This document shows positions 57,477 through 64,000 of a DNA stretch of 64,000 nt, one piece after another. A program made the translations under genes and the position numbers. The stretch is from Phascolarctobacterium sp. (GTDB taxonomy: Bacteria; Bacillota; Negativicutes; Acidaminococcales; Acidaminococcaceae). Position 1 is the first letter of the stretch; every line of letters starts with the position of its first letter. The stretch is from positions 11,857 through 75,856 of the forward strand of contig JBGVIJ010000027.1 in the NCBI GenBank assembly GCA_045123075.1. Reading direction: 5' to 3'. Under the pieces are notes generated by a model that ran no database searches, was not told the DNA's origin, and saw only the letters and a program-made list of their open reading frames with translations.

Positions 57477-58046
57477 CTAATCTATTAATTGGTATCTTGA
57501 TCGCCAATAATATAAAATCGTTATTACAATACTATAAACACATAAAATACCAATCTTTATATTAGCATTATCTTTGTAATTGCAAAGTATAGTAACAACC
57601 TCTTCAATCTGTTCCTCAGATTTTTTATTAGCTTCTTTTTGTATGTACTCATCTAAATTTTCTTGCTTCTTATCAAGTTGAACCTTCTCGTCTTCCAACA
57701 TATATTCTTTTTGCTTAAGTTTGTTTTCAAAATGCAAGAGAATCATCTCTGTCTCTTGAATTTTCTTTTGAGCCTCTTCTTTTAGTAACAACCCCTTTTG
57801 AAACATTAAGTCGCATTCTGCAAGCATCCCTATTTTTTCGTTGAGCGATTTTATTGTTTCGCTTTGTTTTCGAATCATATTCGATTGCTCTTGCAGCACT
57901 AATTTCATTTCTTGCATCTTCGATGTATATTTCGTAAGCTTCGTATTCAAAGTCTTGTTTTCTGCCTGCAACTTTTGGTTCTCCAAAATACATAGCTTCA
58001 TATTCTTGTTCGCTCCCAAGGAGTTGTGTAGTTGTTCTAAATTCAT
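57477..58046 (-). CDS. coiled-coil protein with C-terminal TM helix (or the frameshifted C-terminal part of the relaxase)
   Basis: Heptad-rich K/E/Q/L sequence ending in IGILCVYSIVITILYYW. Overlaps the relaxase ORF by 320 nt in another frame. Confidence 0.5.
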   Translation of the reverse strand: MNLEQLHNSLGANKNMKLCILENQKLQAENKTLNTKLTKYTSKMQEMKLVLQEQSNMIRKQSETIKSLNEKIGMLAECDLMFQKGLLLKEEAQKKIQETEMILLHFENKLKQKEYMLEDEKVQLDKKQENLDEYIQKEANKKSEEQIEEVVTILCNYKDNANIKIGILCVYSIVITILYYWRSRYQLID

Positions 58047-58803
58047 TTTCTAATGTTTCCTTATCTAAACCCGTTTTAAAAATTTCTTCAAGTCGTGAGT
58101 TTCTTACTTTATGCCCTTCTTGATCCTCAAACAGAATTGTTTTTCTGTTATCCCAGGTTGTTTTAATCCCTTCTTCATAAAGTTTTAAAACAAAATCATC
58201 TTTCGATACTGACACATTTTTAATCTGTAAAATTTTCTCATACATATCAAGCATCCATGATTCGTAATTCCTGTTGAATGCCCTTTCTACAGATTTGCAT
58301 AATTTTGAACTATTACCACCTAAGCTGTTCCCTTGTCCTTTCACCGGAACTTCAAGACCTTGTTCCCTCGATAGTTCAATCAATCTATCTTTGAACCATC
58401 TTAAATCGGTACGATACCATCGCACCTTTTTCCCCGTTTGAAAATTTACAGCATTTATTACAATGTGAGCATGTTTGTGTTTTTTATCATCATGAACACA
58501 TATTATTGTCTGATGGCCTTTAAAATTATCAGTTCTTTCAACCAAAAGCTTAGCATTTAAAAGTACCTGCTCGACATCTAACTTTTCTGATTCAACCGGT
58601 GACAACGAATACACCAGATGGACATACTGAACGCCGTCATGTTTTGAAAACTTATCACGCGTATATAACATTTCGAAACTTGCGGTATGTGGATTGCAGT
58701 CTATTCCATCCATCATAAAATTTTGTAATCCATCTTTTCTAGTCACATAATCTATTATTCGCTTGATTGAGGCACCACTTTTAATTGCTTTAACAATTGC
58801 CAT
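57727..58803 (-). CDS. relaxase/mobilization nuclease (MobA/VirD2 family); true 3' end uncertain
   Basis: Histidine-triad region ICVHDDKKHKHAHIVINAVN. The last ~100 codons look like an out-of-frame reading of the coiled-coil ORF. Confidence 0.85.
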   Translation of the reverse strand: MAIVKAIKSGASIKRIIDYVTRKDGLQNFMMDGIDCNPHTASFEMLYTRDKFSKHDGVQYVHLVYSLSPVESEKLDVEQVLLNAKLLVERTDNFKGHQTIICVHDDKKHKHAHIVINAVNFQTGKKVRWYRTDLRWFKDRLIELSREQGLEVPVKGQGNSLGGNSSKLCKSVERAFNRNYESWMLDMYEKILQIKNVSVSKDDFVLKLYEEGIKTTWDNRKTILFEDQEGHKVRNSRLEEIFKTGLDKETLENEFRTTTQLLGSEQEYEAMYFGEPKVAGRKQDFEYEAYEIYIEDARNEISAARAIEYDSKTKRNNKIAQRKNRDACRMRLNVSKGVVTKRRGSKENSRDRDDSLAF

Positions 58804-59084
58804 ATCTTTATCTGCTCTTTCATAATCAGTTTAAGATCATCTTGTAAGACTTCATCATTGCAATTTGCCTTTTTGGCAATTTGATTAATATTGACACCTA
58901 TTTTTCTAATTTGTTCTTCTACATCGTCAAGCTCATGAATTTGGAAAATCGGTTGTTGCGTGACTAAATTAAATATATACTCTCTTTGCTTCATACCTGT
59001 TTTATTTAAATTATCTTTAAATTTTTTATACTCACAATCATCTAAACGTAAAATCACTTGGTGTTTTCTTTTTCTATTCGGCAA
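58755..59084 (-). CDS. mobC: MobC-type relaxosome accessory protein
   Basis: 109 aa with RLDD.EY..F and GVNINQIAKKAN motifs. Confidence 0.85.
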   Translation of the reverse strand: MPNRKRKHQVILRLDDCEYKKFKDNLNKTGMKQREYIFNLVTQQPIFQIHELDDVEEQIRKIGVNINQIAKKANCNDEVLQDDLKLIMKEQIKIWQLLKQLKVVPQSSE

Positions 59085-59131
59085 AATTCCTCACCTATTC
59101 TATATAATGAACACAACTTTTATGATTTTGT

Positions 59132-59306
59132 GCACTGACAATTTGACCGTAAAAGTCAAAATTGTCAGTGCTGCACTTGGGGGTCAAGGGGGACTGTCCC
59201 CATTGCAAGATGCAAGTGGATAGCCACTTGCCAATCTTGCAAATACCTATTCATAGGTATTTTGAGGTATCTGTCAGTTCACAACAAATTGAGAACTGGC
59301 AGATAC
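59132..59306. promoter_or_regulatory. candidate oriT: cluster of inverted repeats upstream of mobC
   Basis: Inverted repeats at 59132-59171 (16-17-bp arms), 59202-59243, 59241-59262 (10-bp arms) and 59267-59306 (14-bp arms), all within a 273-bp gap. Confidence 0.45.
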
Positions 59307-59357
59307 TTCTTTTGTTATTTTGATATTGATATTCCTTGCTGTTGAATGCCAATTTAA

Positions 59358-60587
59358 CTATTCTTGGGTATCCTTTAAAATTAAAGCCCATACGCTTGGT
59401 GCAGTCTGTTCCATTGATTCAAGAACATGGGCGTAAATATTCATCGTAACTGTAGCGCTGCTATGCCCTAATCGTTCACTGACTACTTTTATGTTTACTC
59501 CTTTTTTAAGCAACAACGTCGCATGCGTATGTCTCATACTGTGAATAGTAAAACCTTTCTTTATCCGAGCAGCTTCAAGCATTTTGTTAAAATATCTTTT
59601 CCTAAAGTTAGTTAGGTTAATCGGATTACCAAATATATTAGTGAATACCAAACCAAATTTATTCCTGTATAAATCTCCTAAAAAGTTTGCGTATTCCATT
59701 TGATATTTTTTAAAAGCTTTTATTTTTTCCCACGTAGTTTCATCCAGAAAAATTTTACGTTTAGATTTTTCACTTTTTGGTTCATCAAAAACATCTCCCT
59801 TTTCAGCCGTATCTACTAGCTGCTCTGTAACGTTAATAAATTTCCGGCTAAAATTAATGTTTTTCCATTTAAGGCCACGAACCTCACTTATCCTCATTCC
59901 TGTTGCAAGAGAGAGACTGACCAATACGTAAAATTGCTTTATGTAATAATCAGTACGTTTTACAAATTTAGGATTATCTGCTCCCCAATAAATGTAATCT
60001 CCTTTTTCGGCAACATTCAAAAACCTAATCAAATCCTCCTCATCCATTACAACAATTTCCTTCTTAGATTTTTTCTGAGGCCTTGTCCCTTCAACCGGGT
60101 TAATTTGTATTAATCTGTTTTTCACTGCAACATTGCAACATGCCTTAAAATACCGCCTGGCACAATTTACTGATTCTGCAGAAATACCTTTTTTCGTCTT
60201 ACCTCCAGTAAATCTTAGTTCATTGAAAATCTCTTGAAGCTCAATACTTGTGACCTGTACAAGATTCTTCTTGCCTATCACTTCGCAAATATAACCCAAC
60301 CGCACACGGTAATTTTCATATGTTTTTTGCTTGCAAGTTGGTTTCACAAAAACTTCTAACCACCTATTAACCCATTCTTCTACTGTAACGCTACGTTCAA
60401 TTATTCCACCTTCAGCTAATTTCAACTTAAAAGCATCTACTTTTGCCTTTAAATCTATTTGGCGATGGGCCGTAAATGATTTCCTTTTTTTCTCCCCGCC
60501 TACACCAACGTAAGTTCCACGCCATACCCAACAAGCATTAACAGTATCATAAAAAACAGAGCCTTCACCCCAAGTGCGTCTAGCCAT
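59358..60587 (-). CDS. int: tyrosine-type site-specific integrase
   Basis: C-terminal catalytic block HSMRHTHATLLL...LGHSSATVTMNIYAHV. N-terminal SAM-like domain. Confidence 0.95.
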   Translation of the reverse strand: MARRTWGEGSVFYDTVNACWVWRGTYVGVGGEKKRKSFTAHRQIDLKAKVDAFKLKLAEGGIIERSVTVEEWVNRWLEVFVKPTCKQKTYENYRVRLGYICEVIGKKNLVQVTSIELQEIFNELRFTGGKTKKGISAESVNCARRYFKACCNVAVKNRLIQINPVEGTRPQKKSKKEIVVMDEEDLIRFLNVAEKGDYIYWGADNPKFVKRTDYYIKQFYVLVSLSLATGMRISEVRGLKWKNINFSRKFINVTEQLVDTAEKGDVFDEPKSEKSKRKIFLDETTWEKIKAFKKYQMEYANFLGDLYRNKFGLVFTNIFGNPINLTNFRKRYFNKMLEAARIKKGFTIHSMRHTHATLLLKKGVNIKVVSERLGHSSATVTMNIYAHVLESMEQTAPSVWALILKDTQE

Positions 60588-60589
60588 AA

Positions 60590-60793
60590 TTACAAAGCCT
60601 TATACATACAACTATTGCAGAAATCATTCACCCATGTAGCAGGTATAAGAATACGATTACCTAACTGTTGTACTGGAATTTTTCCTTGTCTAATAAGATT
60701 GTACACAGCGTTTTTAGTAACCCCGCCATCAATACGTGCAACAAATTGATCTACAGTATAAAAAGTTTTAGGTAAGGATTCCTTTTCTTTCAT
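60590..60793 (-). CDS. xis: excisionase-family HTH DNA-binding protein
   Basis: 67 aa. YTVDQFVARIDGGVTKNAVYNLIRQGKIP. Ends 2 nt before int. Confidence 0.8.
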   Translation of the reverse strand: MKEKESLPKTFYTVDQFVARIDGGVTKNAVYNLIRQGKIPVQQLGNRILIPATWVNDFCNSCMYKAL

Positions 60794-60844
60794 AGTTAAA
60801 TCTCCTTTCTTTTAATGAGCCAAGTGCTTATACAACTATTAACT

Positions 60845-61597
60845 TTAATCTAACCATCGTTCATTTAGTGCCTGTATCAAATAAGCAGTCCTGTCTTTTA
60901 CTCCTCTTTGCACATCCACATACTCAACATACTTTTTTAATGTTTCCAGATTAAAGTCATGAGCAAATTGTGATTTAAAGCTTTCTGGTATTGAATTTTC
61001 TTCAAGTAAACCATATTTCTCATCAAGTTCTTGAAGTTGGTCAAGTTGGTTAGTTTTGTTGTTGTTAGTTGTTTTGTTGTTATATTTATTTATATTGCTT
61101 TTAGTTTTGTTATTCGTGAGATTCTCAAGAGAACACGTGTGGTCATCAAGAGCCCCCATGAGAATATCATCTGCATTCTCATCTTTGAGCTGCAACTCTA
61201 AAGCTTCACTGGCAGAAACATTTTTCTTAACATACTTTTTGTTAATTCTCAGTTTTGCTACTACAGATGCATTTGGCATTACATTAGCTAAAAGTGCTAA
61301 ATGTTCACTTGGCTTATGCCACCTGATGTCAGCAGCTGAATTATGCTTCGTCCAATGTGTTATAAATACTATCTGTTCTTCAACATCTAGTATTACAACA
61401 AAACCGGCTCTTACCAATGCCATAAGATCCTGCATATCTGCTCTTATTTTCTGTATTATCGGATATGCATCTACTATTCCATTATCATCAGCTTCAGAGT
61501 TAAGCTGTATATATAACGCTTGTGACGATGTTGGTAATTCGATATATCTTTTGGTATTAATAAGTGCCTTATCTAGTACGAATTTTGTTCTACCCAT
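60845..61597 (-). CDS. putative replication / replisome-organizer-like protein with N/K/T-rich linker
   Basis: The N-terminal block FVLDKALI...LPTSSQALYIQLNSEADDNGIV resembles phage replisome organizer N-domains. Function is tentative. Confidence 0.65.
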   Translation of the reverse strand: MGRTKFVLDKALINTKRYIELPTSSQALYIQLNSEADDNGIVDAYPIIQKIRADMQDLMALVRAGFVVILDVEEQIVFITHWTKHNSAADIRWHKPSEHLALLANVMPNASVVAKLRINKKYVKKNVSASEALELQLKDENADDILMGALDDHTCSLENLTNNKTKSNINKYNNKTTNNNKTNQLDQLQELDEKYGLLEENSIPESFKSQFAHDFNLETLKKYVEYVDVQRGVKDRTAYLIQALNERWLD

Positions 61598-61688
61598 ACT
61601 GTCACCTATTGGATTTTAATAAAAGTAACTAAAATCTTAAATGCTCATGTTATTACTCCATAACTTTCACCTCGCTACCCCATATAAC

Positions 61689-61729
61689 AAAAAAAGATGC
61701 TCCTTCACCTAAGGTGAATAAAAGCATCT
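61689..61729 (-). terminator. intrinsic terminator inside the non-coding region upstream of rep
   Basis: The minus strand has GATGCT..TTCACC-TTA-GGTGAA..AGCATC followed by TTTTTTT. Confidence 0.6.
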
Positions 61730-61938
61730 CCGAAAACACGGGTTATTAAGTTGTTTTACATTATTCTACAAGAATTGATATACGTGATATCTTTCCTCTA
61801 ACTTAATTTTACTAATATATTTAACTGATGTACATAAAATGCAATGAAAAAAACTTCTATTCATAGAATTTTTAGTAAAAATTTCCCATTTTGGTAAAAA
61901 GTTTTTCTCTTTTTACCAAAATTACAATCTTTACAATT

Positions 61939-62007
61939 CATCAACTTGCGTTTGTTGTCATAGGTGGAAGGCCAACGGCTACTACCTTGACTAAACGCAA
62001 GTTGATG
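61939..62007. repeat. 69-nt extended hairpin with perfect 15-bp basal stem
   Basis: Arms catcaacttgcgttt / aaacgcaagttgatg. Inner stems aggtgg/ctacct and ggcc/ggct. Confidence 0.7.
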
Positions 62008-62070
62008 ATAATAACCTCTAAGTTCTGAGCCTTTTACCAAAACAGGCACACTGTATAGTTAGTCTTAATT

Positions 62071-62135
62071 GATATGCTCCCCCCTAGTAAACAAGTTTTT
62101 ATTATTTAACTTGTCCACCTAGGGGGTAGCATATC
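62071..62135. repeat. 17-nt inverted repeat with an inner 7-nt inverted repeat
   Basis: Arms gatatgctcccccctag and ctagggggtagcatatc differ at one position. Inner arms are acaagtt / aacttgt. Confidence 0.7.
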
Positions 62136-62197
62136 AGAACACTGTTTTTATTCACGTTAAAAATAAAAGGCTTATCTAAAATAAAAAGAGGTTGGGG

Positions 62198-63661
62198 TTA
62201 TTTTTTTGCAATGGTACTAAAGTAGCGTTGAATATGACTTTTAGGTTTTTCTGGAACAGTGAGTGCGACTAATCCACGCTCTACCAAAGGAGTTATATAA
62301 GTTTGAATTGCATATGAAGTAGAGGATAGTTCTAAAAACTCAGCAATTTCTTTTCTGCTACGTTGTATTTTCAAAAACTCTAAAAGAGATTTTTCATGTT
62401 TAGTCAAAGAATCAATAATAGGTTCTTTGCTTACTTCAACAGGTTCATTATACAGTACAACAGAGAAATTACCACGTCTATCCATAAACACAGGCTCTTT
62501 TAAACCGTATGAACTCATTGCTTTGCGTATTGTAGGAATTCCAGAATATCTATTTTCTGTAACATCTAAAACTTCTAATGCAGTAGCTAGTACAGGGTTT
62601 CTTGTATCCGGTTGTACTTTTCCCAATTGATCTATCTTTAATCTTCCATATATGCCACCAGGATTAATGATTTCAATTCTGTTAGGATATATGATTATTT
62701 GTATTGGCATTCCTTCAGTGTGGATGCTGTAATCTCTGTGTACAAGAGTATTGAGTATAGCTTCCCTAATAGCAGCTATAGGGTAATCTGTCCTATCTTC
62801 TCTAGCTCCTGTTGTTGGATTAATAATTGTTTTAGTCCTTATATTACGTTTGATAAATAAAATCGCTTGTTCAAGCATTTGAGAGATATTACCCTCAATT
62901 CTTTGATTATCAAGAAATCGTTCACCAAAAGGACCAGTTTCTCCAATTTCATCAGATGGTAAAGAAATAGCGGTTATACATAGTTGTGGAAAATATGCTT
63001 GGGGATATTTACAAAATAGCAAAACGGAACTTAATGTTATTTCATTATTATGAGTTATGCTCATAAGCTCATAAATATCTTCATCATCTAAATTACTCAA
63101 GTTAGGCTTTTCATTCTTTAGACGTTGAACGTATTCATCTAAAAGTACTTTATCTAAAGATTTAAAGGATGCTCTTGGAACTGTTCTCACATCATCTTGA
63201 TATTTTTTTCGAAAGGCTTCATAACTGTATATCTCATATTCAGTCATAGGTTCGTCGCTATCGCCTACTCGAACATACGAACCTTTGAGCCGACCTTGTC
63301 CCAGATAATAACAAGGTCTATCGGAAATGTCTATGCCAGGTATTTCAGCAGAAACAAAAGACTTGTCATCTTTTTCTACTACTGAAAGTAATGGACGAAC
63401 AACAGGATGCATCTGCTTACATTGTTCTACGATTCTCTTTTGTATATCTTGAGAATCATATATTCCACATTCATTGTAATTATTTTGTTCATCTACACCA
63501 AAAACTATGATACCCCCATCGTCTTGATTAGAAAAACTAGAAAGTGTATCATACAGTTTCTGCGGACAACCACCACGTGCTGCTTTTAATTCTATCGTTT
63601 GTGTTTCGCATTTTAAGCTTTGAATCTTGTCTAATAAGGTTAATAATTCTTCGTTTGTCAT
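62198..63661 (-). CDS. AlbA_2 (Schlafen-like) DNA-binding domain plus HATPase_c_4 / RecG-C-like domain protein with C-terminal wHTH
   Basis: N-terminal E..T.ELKAA block and the central IREAILNTLVHRDYS motif. 487 aa. AGGAGG RBS. Confidence 0.87.
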   Translation of the reverse strand: MTNEELLTLLDKIQSLKCETQTIELKAARGGCPQKLYDTLSSFSNQDDGGIIVFGVDEQNNYNECGIYDSQDIQKRIVEQCKQMHPVVRPLLSVVEKDDKSFVSAEIPGIDISDRPCYYLGQGRLKGSYVRVGDSDEPMTEYEIYSYEAFRKKYQDDVRTVPRASFKSLDKVLLDEYVQRLKNEKPNLSNLDDEDIYELMSITHNNEITLSSVLLFCKYPQAYFPQLCITAISLPSDEIGETGPFGERFLDNQRIEGNISQMLEQAILFIKRNIRTKTIINPTTGAREDRTDYPIAAIREAILNTLVHRDYSIHTEGMPIQIIIYPNRIEIINPGGIYGRLKIDQLGKVQPDTRNPVLATALEVLDVTENRYSGIPTIRKAMSSYGLKEPVFMDRRGNFSVVLYNEPVEVSKEPIIDSLTKHEKSLLEFLKIQRSRKEIAEFLELSSTSYAIQTYITPLVERGLVALTVPEKPKSHIQRYFSTIAKK

Positions 63662-64000
63662 ACGATTAACCTCCTTTTATTTAGATTTTACAATAAAAAT
63701 TTTAGATTCTCAATAAAATTTTAGTTTTTCTTTAGATTTCTACAGTTATTTTAAATACCTTTAAGTATTTTTAGTTTCTATTTTAAATTTAGATAAAAAT
63801 TTCAATAAAATTTTATATTTTTCATTTATTTTTTGTTTTAAAATATTTACCAAACTACCTTTAATCCCTAAAAATCTCTATACGTCACTTAAGTTAAAAA
63901 GAGATGACTTAAAAAGAGATTAGAACAAAACCTCTTTATTATTTCATTCCCCTTTATCCTATCGGCAAGCATAATACCTTGTGTAATTACAACAATCTAT

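Larger units (their letters stand above)
56669..61735 (-). mobile_element. integrative mobilizable element-like module (rep-xis-int / oriT-mobC-relaxase / resolvase); ends not defined
   Basis: Co-linear minus-strand gene set typical of IMEs. I could not find flanking direct repeats by eye. Confidence 0.55.
51271..64000. mobile_element. AT-rich genomic island 2 attached to the tRNA-Arg scar; right end beyond window
   Basis: Starts exactly at the tRNA fragment and shows a compositional drop. It contains integrase, excisionase, relaxase, resolvase and gene remnants. Confidence 0.6.

Noticed and set aside
61861-62049. 62-aa minus-strand ORF inside the structured non-coding region
   Set aside because: It has no RBS. 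The ORF runs straight through the 15-bp-stem hairpin and the TTTTACCAAAA repeats, and its composition looks like translated structure rather than protein.
63662-64000. CRISPR-like or tandem repeat array at the AT-rich window end
   Set aside because: The repeats are short (7-13 nt), irregularly spaced and AT-only. There are no 25-40-nt direct repeats with unique spacers and no cas genes anywhere in the window.

Overview
The 64-kb window looks like an anaerobic Bacillota-type chromosome, but the organism cannot be named from sequence alone. The core backbone is GC-richer and mostly on the minus strand. It carries lon-clpX-clpP-tig and tRNA-Gly(GCC) at 1-5.1 kb. At 16.7-31.7 kb it carries PAP2 phosphatase, dinB, an M20 amidohydrolase with DUF3100 membrane proteins, cysE, a GltD-like oxidoreductase, a long operon ending in cstA, an MscS-type channel and trxA. 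At 31.7-51.1 kb there is a large molybdenum/selenium purine-hydroxylase locus: modABC, moaA/moaC, a MOSC-MogA fusion, three xanthine-dehydrogenase-family subunits, mocA, an NCS2 permease, xdhC, yqeB, DUF3343, a class V aminotransferase, yedF, selD, yqeC, a CyuA-like protein and a BMP lipoprotein. Two visibly AT-richer accessory regions interrupt this backbone. Island 1 (about 5.15-16.3 kb, next to tRNA-Gly) has no recombinase. It is a string of mostly monocistronic cassettes with defence-island flavour: a WYL regulator, a Sel1 protein, two PD-(D/E)xK-like proteins (one apparently frameshifted), a metallophosphoesterase, an HExxH protein convergent with a SpoVK/CbbX-type AAA+ ATPase, and a three-gene operon ending in a divergent UDG-fold protein. 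Island 2 (51.27 kb to beyond the window end) begins at a truncated 3' half of a tRNA-Arg(CCU), which reads as an att scar. It holds decayed gene remnants, a DUF4143 ATPase, orphan ORFs, a second copy of the metallophosphoesterase, and an integrative mobilizable module (rep-xis-int, candidate oriT, mobC-relaxase, serine resolvase with a res-like site). It ends with a structured 0.6-kb non-coding region and an AlbA_2/HATPase_c_4 protein. I recognise no CRISPR array, rRNA, transposase or named defence system. The candidates for something new are the island-1 modules, and all functional calls there are inference from motifs read by eye.
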